From assembly GCA_965655095.1 (NCBI GenBank), contig OZ296652.1, positions 64,480,001 to 64,544,000 of the forward strand: 64,000 bases of DNA. The letters are read 5' to 3'. Source of the stretch: Haplodiscus bocki. Its lineage: Eukaryota. This document shows positions 37,754 to 49,898 of this stretch, one piece after another (within the stretch, counting starts at the first letter, position 1; every line of letters starts with the position of its first letter). The notes under the pieces were generated by a model. That model saw only the letters and a program-made list of their open reading frames with translations. It was not told the DNA's origin and ran no database searches. The translations under genes and the position numbers were made by a program.

Positions 37754-38411
37754 ATGAATGTAACATAACTTGAGATGAAGATCTTTACTTGAAAGAGAGA
37801 ACTGCTCGCAAAATCTGTTACAAAAAGAAGAGAAGAGAAAATAAAGTGGGCCTGCTTCCACGAAACAATAAGACCCTCGTTGTCGAGCCATATTTTTTAG
37901 GTAGAACTCATCTTATGTTGAAATTTTTTTCACGATAACCCGTTCGGGATTTTTACATGATCGCCAATTAACCTCCTGAATAGTATTCCAAATCCAAAAT
38001 CAAGAACAAAGATTTTAAGGAGGAAGTGAAATCCCCAAGCGAATACGAAACTGCTATCATATTTTTCGATGATATTTTAGGCTCGTCAAATTGTAAATAT
38101 ATAGATCAGTTTTTCAAAAGACCGGACATAATCAATTCCATATATTTTACCATGCAAATTTCTATCTTGATTTACCAAACTTTACGAAACAACTACATCA
38201 TCATTATCCTATTTGAACAGACTTTGAGAGACGCTGATAAAAATGGTAGAGATTTTGCTGGATATGACATGACTTGTGATGAATTTAAACAATTATGTAG
38301 AAAAACGTGGGAAAAAGATTTCAAATATCTTTATTTGATAGATCTAAAAAAAAATGAAGGAAGTGTTTTTATATAGAAAGGAAAGGCACTTAAAATGAAT
38401 GTATACCTGAA
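37754..38411 (+). pseudogene. A32/FtsK-HerA DNA-packaging ATPase
   Basis: Degenerate Walker A (KTLVVEP..GRTHLML, ~37870-37920) and Walker B IIFFDDILG. Downstream LRNN..IILFEQT and YDEF-like CDEFKQLCRKTW..F.YL..D motifs. Confidence 0.75.
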
Positions 38412-38429
38412 AAAAATCTCATCTACGTT

Positions 38430-39300
38430 TTGCACCTTTTAAATATCATAATCTTTCAAAAACAGAGTTGATTTGGAAAAATTAAACGAGTTAGTCTCAT
38501 TACAAATCCAAATAAAAGCATTAAGAATACAAGATAATTTGGTAAACGAAAACTTTCCTGAAAAAATTGAAAAAGATATCGAACCCGTTACTCGAAGAAT
38601 TACTGTTGCCTCTAGAGTTGTAACAAGAGCCTTGATGGTGAATTCAGAAGAGAACAACAACACACTAACGAAATTAAACAACAAACTTTTAGATTTGATG
38701 AAAGATAGGGGTATATTAGCATCTTATTCGATCCCTCTTTTAGCTAAAATCACTAACCCGGAACATACTAATGTTTAAACTAGTTAGAGATTCTGATTCA
38801 AATAGGGTCAATGACATTTTGATAAATAAAACAATACATGTTGCTCTTCATGACAATTTGTGGATATTCCGTGATACAGATAAAAAGTTGGAATTCAATG
38901 TAGATCTTTTGAAAATGATAACTAATAAAAACTATAATGTTGATCTTGCTTTTATATCAGATAGAAACTTATTGTTCGAATTTGCAGAGGAAATGTATTT
39001 TGATGAAAAAGATCTGGGTAATAAAAGTACTTGGGATAAAACTCTCATTAGGTTGCTTAGATCACCTGCTATCATGGCAGGGTCTCTCAAAAAGAAATTT
39101 CTTTCTCAAAACCATTAGAAACAAAAACAAGAATTCTATCTTCCAATCATAAAAGACTTTGTGACAGATAGAATTTGTTAATACAGTAAAACGAAGCAAG
39201 AAGTCTTTCTACTAAAATCAGCGCAGAAATTGCTGCTATACCAGATAAACTATTAGAAGACAAATGTATATCTGTAAACTCACATCTACTTTAATGGAAT
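38430..39300 (+). pseudogene. Conserved Polinton PZ-like protein
   Basis: ORFs 38473-38778 and 38771-39118, plus a degraded C-terminus ILSSN..LCDR.NLLIQ...ISAEIAAIPDKLLEDKCIS matching the PZ-type DPNEL.DRL.LL....GN...EI..I...L motif. Confidence 0.55.
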
Positions 39301-39413
39301 TGTTTCTTTGACACAATATTGAACCTTGGGTCAATAGTTAGTGGATCTTGAAAGATCCAAGGGATACTTCACAGCTTTCTCTGAAACACACACAGTTTTA
39401 ATATAATTAAACA

Positions 39414-40643
39414 TTTAAACTTACCGAAAAGTATGAGGTGGATCAAAAAATTTTAAATGGTGATTATATACGATACTCATCATCAGAATCAAGTACAAAT
39501 GTACTGCTGAAAGTCAAATAAAAATCAACATACCTCGCGAAGGTTCTGTTATTTCTCTGTCAAATAGACATCTTGAATTAAACTTTGATGTATTTCGAAG
39601 TAATAACAGTAGTAGGAACGCTGATGGAGCAGACATTAGATTCGTTTATGTGATTGTTTTTGCTTTTTTAGTAATTATAAGTTAACAATGTCTATACAAC
39701 TTAACAACAATGTATAAGTGGTATAGATTGGTATGAACCTCATTACACCCCTAGTATAGAACAACAAGCCAACAAGCCGTAAACTCAGAGCAAATCTCAA
39801 GTGAAACACCGACAGAGCTTCGATATGTAGAGCCAACAGTTTTCATGAAAGTTGTGAAAACTCAGAATCATTGGACTGTGGAAACAAAAAATCGGTAAGG
39901 CAATAATGTTCTGATATGGACAATTGTGGGATCTCAACAAAAACAAAGGCCGAATTCAGCAATCAAGAATAATGATACGTATGGTTTAGGGCATAAATTA
40001 ACACTGACAAGAAATAATAACAATGATGTTTTAAGCAAAGCCGCTGCGCCGGCTGTTATTGAGGCAAAAAATGTGCTTAGTTGTATAGAATGGTATGTAC
40101 CTCATGACATGCCTAGTAGAGAACAGGAAGCTACATCTAAGAAAATTTAAGCAAGACTTCTACAGAACTACAGAACAGAAAGAACTGCTTTTATGAAAGA
40201 TGTGAAAAATCAGAATATAATGACGTTTGATTTAGGGATCGCAAGAAAACTTTAATGTACCAATTTGGATTGTTGAAGGTTTTCAGCGAACAGATAGGTT
40301 AATTTCAGCAATGGAGAGTAATGATACTTTTTATGGACCTCCTGTCACTAGTGCCCAAAAAAACATTGTAATGGAAAAAGGGAAGAACTTTTTAGGGCAT
40401 TTGAAAAGAGATCATATCCTTCAACCGTATATATGTGATCAAGATTTCAGATCCTCTTGTAAGGGTAACTTTGTTGGTTAAATTGTAAATGTTTTCGATA
40501 TACGACTTCAAGAAAATTTCACAGCTTCCCAAGCAATTAAAGTGGAAATTAATTTTGATAGAGTGGTTTCCTGATTTGTAGTATTAACAGAAAAATTAGG
40601 AAGTATACGTAGTGATGGTCAGCGACATCCAGACTTGTTTTAA
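39414..40643 (+). pseudogene. Double jelly-roll major capsid protein, deleted and rearranged
   Basis: YEVDQKILNGDYIRYS...SQIKINIPREGSVISL...LELNFDV; IEWYVPH; VPIWIV.GFQ; C-terminal VFDIRLQENFTASQAIKVEINFD...SDGQRH. Confidence 0.7.
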
Positions 40644-41284
40644 ATTGAGTTTTTTGTCTACATTTCAAAGAAAGTTATTCAAGTAAAACAGTAATTGTTT
40701 TAAAGAGTAATATGAATGTAATTCAATTAGAAGATGCTAGCGATGTGAAGTTATTTGCTTAACAATTAATTGCAACGGAACATCAAAATCTAACGATGGA
40801 TTACAGTCTCGATATAAATCTTGTGTGAATGATTAAAATTGGAAATACTATATTGAAAATTATGATTTACCACATAGTTATCGGAAAAAATCGGTCGAAA
40901 ATTGTGAAAAATAAACGAATATATCAAAAACATACTGAATACTGATTTGAACTTTAGTTTAGCTGGGTATATGAGCAACCGGATTTATAAAACTTAAAAA
41001 TCTCAGCATGTTAGAAAAATAGAAGAAACTTTTGATTTACTGGGTGGTTCTCATTCTTTTTTCAAAACTTGTATTGTTCATCAATTTTTTGATAAAATGA
41101 GTGTGTATTAATGTGGTTCTGTTTGGTGCATCGATCGTTGTTTACCAATATCATCATTCAATAATTTAGATGGAAAAGAAATGAAAACTTTTTTGGATGG
41201 ATAAACCTACGTATATGTCCTACGTATATAAAAGAAATTAGTTCAAAGAAGGCTAAAATTGATAATTGACTTCAATTATACCCA

Positions 41285-42144
41285 ATGCAAGAAATTAAAG
41301 CTTATCAAAAAAAGAGGAATTTAACTAAAGTCTTCATCGATGAAATGAAACCTCCAAGGAAAGATTGTCCAACGAACAAAAGAAAATATAAAAACAGCGT
41401 TGAAAAATGGAATATTGACCTGATCGACGTGTCAGATTAAAATTTTTTGAACCATGGTCGGTTAAGTTTTGAAATCGTTATCATTGATAATTTTCCAAAA
41501 CATACATGGTGTATGCTACTGAAGAAAAAAAATTGTCAAGCAACGACAGAAGATTTTTGGAAAGTTTTAACCACTTCAGAACGAACACCTCGCAAAATGG
41601 TCCGGAGTTTCATAATTCTGTTTTCAAAACTTCTTGAAAGTCAATAATATACATCAATATTCAAGATATACTGATAAAGACCCAAGCATTATAGAAAGGG
41701 TTAATAAAACTATACGTAAATTACTGAAGAAACCGGTATTTAAATCAGGTAAAACTGATTGGGTAAGTGAATTACCACCCGTTATAAAGAAGTGCAACAA
41801 AACCATTCACCGTATCATTAAAAAGACTCCGATTGCAGCTTCTAAAAACACAATTGAAAAATGAGTCTGTTCCAACCTCCTAGACAGGACAGGAAAACAT
41901 TTACCGAATTTTAAACAGGGACAACTTGTGCGATCTGCGGTTATTAGAAAAGTGTTCAGTGAAGGAGATTCAACAAATTGGAGCTACCATATTTATACAA
42001 GAAATGGAGCCATACATGAAACAATCTCTAGCAATGGAAAATTTGTTTTTACTTGAACGATACAACGAAAACTTGTTATTTTCAACGAAATTAACCTTAA
42101 ATAAAAATAATCAAGAACAAAAAAACATAAAGGTAATTCAATAA
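41285..42144 (+). pseudogene. Retroviral-like (rve/c-INT) integrase
   Basis: WNIDLID (first catalytic D), IVIIDNFPKHTW, SIIERVNKTIR (catalytic E), WVSELP.VIK..N.TIH..IKKTP, and FKQGQLVR...F..G...NWS. The second-D region is deleted. Confidence 0.85.
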
Positions 42145-43509
42145 AACATGATTTATTAAATGACAATGACTAGATACCAAATTTTCCAGAACTATGGTGA
42201 AAATTTCATGCGTTTTTTGAGACTTACTTTCTTACCTTATGATTACCAATGGACTGGTTCCCTCATGTGGGTATAATGAAGAAAAAAAAACGAGAACTTA
42301 CAAAAATTGAACGTAGGAAAAAAAATTTAACAATCGAATAAAATTTGCTGAAAAACATATTATGTAGATGTATAGACTTATCTAAGATACACGAAGGTGA
42401 TGATTTCAATCAAATTTTGAAAGTTTAATCAAAATAAAAAAAAAGGAAATTGTATAATAAAAATGCAATAGCTGAGAAAAAACAAATACATGGCACAAGA
42501 TTTTGAACGGAGTCATTATCCGCAAACAGCAGAAGGTGTTTACAGTATGGCATATGATAGCATAAGATTAATGAATGATTGGCATTTTTGATAAAAAACT
42601 TGAAAACAAAAAATAACTATGATTTGATGGCATCTGTTTTATCAGTTTTTACATTAAATATCTGAATAATATTTATTATGTACCAGCAAAAGATAAGAAT
42701 TAAAATATTCACTCATTCGAAAACATAAAACTACGAAAACTTAAAGAGCCAAAAATTTTGACAACAAAAAATGAAGTTTTTATTGAAACACGAACAAGAA
42801 AAATTCAAAAAGTTGTTTAGAATGAAAATAAAGAATTAGAAGTTAAATCTCATCCAAAACGAAAAACAAACAAAAAACAAAATATTTTAGACAAACTAAA
42901 AATAGATATTGAACGTCTTCAATGTAAACAGCGCAAATGCATTGAATTTGATGAACGATAATATTTCCAACATTGTGAAATTAATATTAAAAAGCAAAAG
43001 CATCAAGTAGATAAAAATTTAGTCGGACAAGATAACATTTTTTTACGAGACTAACACATGCAAATAAAAAAATAAAAAAAATCTGTTTTTCTGTAATGAA
43101 TAAAAAATTAAAACAATACTAGAATTGATTAACAAATTACAAAATTAAATGGTATATAAAATTATTATTTCATCAAAAAATAAATGATTACAATGATGAA
43201 GTGAATTATCGTAGACAAAGTGGTAACTTTCAATCTGAAGAAGATACTTTTGTTAGAAATGCATGAGATATAAGAAATGAATTTGCACCGAGCTCTGTTA
43301 TTAATGAATGTTTTGCAGACAAAGACTCAAGTTGAAAATGAGAAGAAAAATTGTTAAGATTTGTTTTATACTATCATTAAAAAACTATCATCTTAGCAAG
43401 AGTAGTCAAGTCTACCGATATGAGATGAGGGAGGAGGAATTTGATAGCTGAGAAAATTTTTTTCAAGCTATTTATCCTCTATAAAAGGGGAAAGTAAGAG
43501 AAAAGAAAT

Positions 43510-46500
43510 GAAGGTGATCCAAATTCTGCTTTCCCAAAAAGAATTAAAAGACAAAGTTTAAAAATAAGCAATCAAACTGATCAATAACGTGAATATGTTT
43601 TACCGCATACATTTGCTTGAGAAAATGATGTTAATATACACTAGATAGATGATTTGAAAGTTCACGAGTTGACTGATGAATTATCTAATCAAAAATTAAC
43701 AAAACAATTTTCCTTGATTAAAGGTAAAATTAATCTAGATGGAAAACTTGTTGAAACCATTATGCCTTTCACGGATATTGAAGCATTTGAAAACTTTATA
43801 GAAGCTATAGATGAACACTACGATGAAGGACCTACAATCTTTCAAGAAGCAGACAGTTTCCTCGAAACAGACAAAAAAGATTTAAAGAGGTTAAAACAAG
43901 TGATTGTGGTAAATATTAAAGTAATTTTGATAGAAAGTTTGATAGATATCAGTGTAGGAGTTGTTATAAACCAGGAAAACGAGTAAATCGTTTTTTAATG
44001 GCTTTTTGTTTTTATGTCTATGAGCTAAAAACGACTATGATCATTTACGACACAAGGAAAATTATATTATTTTCCTAACACAAAGATTAACACCAAAAAA
44101 AAGATTCTATGTAAAATTCATAAATTCTGTGAAATTTACAATTTTCCGTATGGTTACTTTAACGGATACGAAATAATACCTAAAAAAATAACACAAGTAC
44201 AAAAAGAGCTTCATATAGAGAAAAAGGACTGTATCTTTTTAATATTCATTTTTGTGTCAACTGGAAACCAAACCGAGTTTCATTAGCCAAAGCAACTGAG
44301 GAAGTCAAAGAGATTTTTAAATAGTAAAAAGAAGTTTTATCAGAAAAGAAATTAGCTTTTGACCAAAATGATCAAAACCAACAAAAGTAGCAAAAATACA
44401 ACATGATGAAATTGTTGTTGTTCATGGCATTGAAACTCATCCAGAAAAATAAAACGGTGATTGTGTGCCATATTCAATTGGTTTTGTTCCTAAATCAACA
44501 AAATCTAACACTATGGTTTACAGAGTTTCAACGGAGTCTGATAATTTTCAATTGAAAAAAGTTCAATTTGTAAAGTTGATGATTGTTTTGATATAATGTT
44601 AACACACTTAACTGGAAATTGGAGAGGTGATCCAAGAAGAGTCAAAAATAGACTTTTTACAGGATAAAATATTAAAATAAATGCACATAATGCACTTAGT
44701 TTTGATAAATGGGTAGTTTTAAAGATATTAGACCACAGTTATTAAGTAAAAGCAGATGGAAGCATAGATCCAAACAGAGAAATAGGAATTGTTAAAACAT
44801 CGAGAGGTATTTTAAGTATAAAGATTTTTAATGGATATGTTGGAAGAAGTCCTCACTATGTGACGTTCGCTTGTAGTTATTGTCATCTAGGTGGAGAACC
44901 TGTTGATGTTGGTATAACTTTTGGGTTACAGAATGGTCTTCTTAAAGACAAATTGGATCATAGCTTAATCAAAAAAGACATTTCGGAATCATATGAAACA
45001 ATATAAGATCCCTATTTAAAGTTGGATGTTTTATCAAGAGCGTTTTTTTAGAAGATATTCTGATAAAATTTTTGACACTAGTGAACTCGGTATGAAAGGT
45101 TGTTTAACTACTTCGTCTCTAGGATGGAAATTATTGATGTCTCTATGTTAAGATGAACCTACATGCACATACAGTCATCAATATAAACGACATTCCCTAG
45201 GAGAAGCTTGATGTGGAGGAAAGGTTGGTGCTAATGTACGAGAATTTAATTCGAAACTTTGTACGGAAATTTTAACAATTCTTCAAAATCATTCAAAATC
45301 CAAACCACAAGACACTTTTAACTTAATGCAAGAACAAAGACCTTACATCTATGTGTATAAAGAAGAAGTTGAAAATGAATATGACAAAGAAAGAGGAGCT
45401 GATCGGGATCAAAAATTGATAGATAAAAAAGATTAAGAGGAATTTGTAAACAATAGCCCGGCTAAACTGAGAAAGAACAAAATATTTGCTAAAATCGGGA
45501 ACAAAATTGAAGATATATTTTTACCTTTCGATGGAAAAAGCTTGATACCATCTGCTATGATTGATAAAGAAGCAAAGTATTGTAGATTTAAGACAGGATA
45601 TCTATTTACTTCAGATAAAGGAAGGACTTTTCACGACAATTTATCAAAAGAACTTTCACCCAATTCAGGTATCAAGAATCAACTAATGTGGGATTAAGAT
45701 ATTATGATTCAAAAATTTTAATACTTCAACAATTACCTGTTAAAGAAGACGTTATTTGCGACCGAAAAAAACACAAAGATGTTGATAGATTAAAAACGGG
45801 ATCAAAATTCAAGTACTTAGTAATGTTAACGTTGACGAACTTGTTAAAATGGATGCATTAGTTTTTAAAATTTATGAAGAGAAATTATACAGAGAAAATT
45901 TTAAAATCTCATAGCTTATAAAAGTTTTTGAACATCTATTTAACCTAAAATAAATTATGAAGAAGAAGGAAATAATTTAAAGGTAGACCTCATAAAATCA
46001 TTAAGGAACTATTTATATGGACAATCATTTAGAAAAGATATCGATGAAGAATACATGAAAAGATCTGGAAATTGACTCAAAAAAACAACGATCAACGAGT
46101 TGTTGATTATGAACCTCTACTAAGTGGTGAATTTGTTATCAAATATAAAATTGATCCTGGTTTTGATAAAACAAAACAAATTGAAAAAAGTATGCTTTCA
46201 GACCATGGTGTAGTCGTGCTATCACATAGTAGAGGGATTTTGAACGAATTTGTGCACCACTTCAAGGAATTTTTTCGAAAAAAGCATAATATCAGGACAC
46301 TGATTCTATATAAATCTATTTTGATCACTATGAAAAAGCAAAAGAATTTCGGTTATGTTGGAAATTTGTCAGGCCAATGAAAAAACAACTTTGGTGACGG
46401 AGGTGTTTTCCATGCAATATTTTTTGCACCGAAAATGAAACCTTGTTATACAATAGATGAATATAGAACACTTGGAGAAATCTTGATATTTGAGGGATTT

Positions 46501-46741
46501 CATGATCCAAAAAGATTACTCAACACTGATAATTATTTCCTACTGAAAAAAGGACAACCAGTTAACAAAGAAGTCCTTCGCCGTGGAAAAGAGTTTGTAC
46601 CAACAGAATAACTACTGATATAAAAAGACTACAGTTGAAGAGTTCAAATCAAATTTAATTGGATTTCAACGGTTACCACCAGATAAATTTGGAAAAACGA
46701 TCCTGAAAAATCTGATGACTATGCAATTAGAATGAAGTCTA
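43510..46741 (+). pseudogene. Protein-primed family B DNA polymerase of element B
   Basis: ExoII HNALSFD (~44686), motif A FDGKSLIPSAM (~45527), motif B KSLRNYLYG (~45995) and motif C YQDTDS (~46290). Many stops and frameshifts. Confidence 0.85.
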
Positions 46742-46861
46742 GTTAGTCGTTCAAGATGTTTTCTTTTAGAATTGTTCTGAAGATTTTATCACATACGTCA
46801 CATAGTAATCCATTTACTTTCACAGAATTATTTGAAAGAAAAGTTATAAAACGGCGTACAT

Positions 46862-47439
46862 CTCATCTTTAGTCGATGTCATTGTACAGTGCCATTCTTT
46901 TACAGGATGCAAAAAAGGAGAAAACTTAGTTCATGTACGCAACGAGTGTAAGTGGTACTGGTGGTATTTTAGTCTCGCATAGAGGTAAAAATGCTCGTGC
47001 AAGTTTGTTTTACCGTTGCTTCCACGACTTTGTTATACAGGCTGTTTCATGCGGTGGAAAAGATTTTGTTACTTGTAAATTCTAATTGGTACTATTTTTG
47101 ATATGACTGGTATCGAACCGATGTATAGTACACTAGAGTGAAAAAAAATTAACAAAAACAACAATTTTTCCTGTGTACCCAGCTTGATACAGTGTATTTT
47201 AACAACTTTTTTTGTTTTTGAGGTTTTTTATAGTTTTCCTTGTGTTGGTATATTGGAAAAACAGACAAGGCATGAAATGAGAAATCTGTTTTTTTTCACT
47301 GTATCTACAAAAGAAAAATTATGGAAAAATTAGAAAATAAACGAAATGTTGAAATGTACTATATCAATGGGGGTACAAGGGAAAAAATGTTGATTTCTTT
47401 AAATGTTTTTACTCTAGTCTACTATACCTCGATACTATA
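46862..47439 (-). repeat. Right TIR of element B
   Basis: Reverse complement of 30780-31352. Includes the ~330-bp terminal palindrome (47110-47439) and only the first ~45 nt of the RNA candidate. Confidence 0.85.
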
Positions 47440-47526
47440 GTTTTTTTATCGATGTGGATATATCTTTCCAGAAAGAAATGAAAGCCGAAGTTATCCATTT
47501 TCTTGAAAGTTCGTGAAATTCAACAT

Positions 47527-48569
47527 TAATAATAAACGCGTGTGCGGATAATAGGGTAAAACAGTAACGCGCTCAACAACGAGGTAACGCCAGATACTGT
47601 TCAGCGTCAGAAACAAGAGCGAACTGGCAGCAGTCAAAAAAGAGGGGCATGAAAAGCGTCATAGGGAACAAAGTTTTACGGCACGCAAATATTTCTGCTG
47701 CCAATGAAGACTGTAATGCGCAAACTTCAGAAAAATTCGAAGGATGAATAACTGAAAAAATTGTCTCAGCAATTAGGCTGGATTGAAAATCGACACACAA
47801 GAGCTTTCTCAAAATTGAACGAGTTTCTTCTGATCTTCTGAACACATATGTCCGAATTCAATACGGAACAACTCCGGGAATCTGCTGGAAAAAAGACAAG
47901 TAAAACCACAAATGTAATGAAGACTCTTCCTAGATTGATCTTCATCTTGAAGTGATAGTTCGGTCAACATATTGCCTCACTTGGTGGCCTCAGACACTGC
48001 CGTCGTACATCACAACATTTTTGACAGAGAAATTTTTGTCAAATGGTTTGCTAAGGCCATTAAAACTCTTTTCGTTCCCACAACAACATTTTGCCGGAAT
48101 GACTAAAATTCATTCATCTTTCTGAGTTTATGTTCACTGCTGCAGGTTTTTTAATCACTTCGGATCCTCGTCCGTATCAATACCGAATATGGATAGTACT
48201 TTAACCAGACGAAAATTCCAACACGTTCCTGAGCGTTTTTTTTCTCTTTCTTTTCACCTTAGTCTCAACTTTTTGGTTTACACTAAAATTTTCGGAAGAC
48301 ACTTTGAACTAAAAACAAAAAAAATCGAAGGTCAAATCGTGTTTGCTGCCAGCATACTAGGAAAGTATTGCTAGTTAGCGCTTCTTTTGGGTCTGCCATA
48401 ACCGACTTTTTCTCGTCATAACACATCTTCCGGAAATGGTACAAAAACATTTTAGAAAAGTATTTGATCAATGGTAATAATAAACACGTGTGCTGATAAT
48501 AGGGTAAAACGGTAACGCGACGGTAACGCGATCAACAACAAGGTAACGCCGGATACTGTTCAGCGTCAA
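47527..48569. mobile_element. ~1-kb element bounded by ~85-90-bp direct repeats
   Basis: taataataaac.cgtgtgc.gataatagggtaaaac.gtaacgcg...gatactgttcagcgtca at 47527-47609 and ~48476-48568. caacat flanks both sides (47521-47526 and 48570-48575). Confidence 0.5.
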
Positions 48570-48675
48570 CAACATACAATTGCACATTTACGTGTACGTA
48601 AAATTTTGAAGCAACGGTAAAATGAACTTGCACGTGTATTTTCACATTCAAAAATTACTATTTCCTTTTTTTCTC

Positions 48676-48932
48676 GTCTCCATATAGCTTAGTGGTATTT
48701 GTTACATTGACTAAAGTTAGGCCTGTGCTTGCATAGTCATCGTGTTTGTGGTTCACGATTAACCAACATCCCACTGTCTATGTCAACATCACGCACAAAA
48801 GCTTAATGGAGGAACTGTCCATGTCTTGAAGCTTGAAAAAGTAGAATTGATCGAAAGGGATATCCACCAGGAATGCTCACTGGCTAGACAGCTGAAAAGT
48901 TAGACATGAAATTTGACCAGTGGATTTATTTT
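48676..48932 (+). ncRNA. Candidate Pol III-type structured RNA, copy 3
   Basis: A-box TAGCTTAGTGG at 48685-48695 and terminal TTTATTTT. Hairpins ttgac/gttag, tggtt/aacca, gctt-GAAA-aagt and cactgg/ccagtg. Confidence 0.55.
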
Positions 48933-49898
48933 GTCTTAAGCGAAAACACAATTTCTCAGAAATATGTGTACTGCTGTGATGGCTAGTTCATAGCTTTTAA
49001 AGGATTTCTCCACGAATACTTACTTTATTGACTTCAGATGAAAACTGTGATTATGTTTGTGTATACATACAATTATTTGAGTATACGTACCTTTATTTGA
49101 GTATTTATACCTTTTTCGTGTATATCTAGTATACACGCAATCATATGAGTATTTATTTTTGTGTATACATACTTTAATATGAGTAATTACACTTGTTTTA
49201 AACTTAATTGGATATTTAGTTGTGAAATTATAAAAAAAATAGTATTTGTACAAGTATATTTATATTAATATTCGTATAAGTGTGATTATACTATGTCAAC
49301 ATTGTGGATAATTATAAAAATACTAGCTCGAGCATGGTAATGTGAACCAGCTCAACAACGAACACGGTAACATAGATGTAAACACGTTCGAATACTTATA
49401 ATTTTTCTGACTACTTGTTTACATATACGAACACGAACCACATTATTGTGGATTTTAACGTACCCCATTTCCAAAAATTGTTGTTATATCCACAATAAAA
49501 CGGGTCAATTAAAGAGATTAACATTATTAAATGGACAACAAGGATTTGAATGATTCCGATCTAGAAGACCTTATTCTAACCGGTAAGAAAATACAAGTTT
49601 TTTATTTTGATAGTATTAAACAATTTAAACAATCCGAAAAAGAACTCAATAAAATTAGTGATTTTAACCACAACTCTAATATCGCGCATTACATTATAAT
49701 TAATCCTGGAAAAGACGAGAAACACATATAACATTTATATTTATGTATACACATTTCTTCTTTTTCTCATGTTTTCATTGTGACTTTTTCTACAAATGGT
49801 TTTATTTTTAATATAATTGTCAGGATTTTTTTGGTGGCGCATTTACCACAACTTTTGTGTTGAACAGTTTTTTCTTCTTGAATTTTATCTTCTAATTC

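Larger units (their letters stand above)
30780..47439 (+). mobile_element. Full-length degraded Polinton/Maverick (endogenous polintovirus, adintovirus-like), element B, ~16.7 kb
   Basis: ~570-bp TIRs enclose remnants of protease, two minor capsid proteins, packaging ATPase, PZ-like protein, major capsid, rve integrase and pPolB, all on the + strand and broken by stops or frameshifts. Exact termini and TSD were not resolved. Confidence 0.9.
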
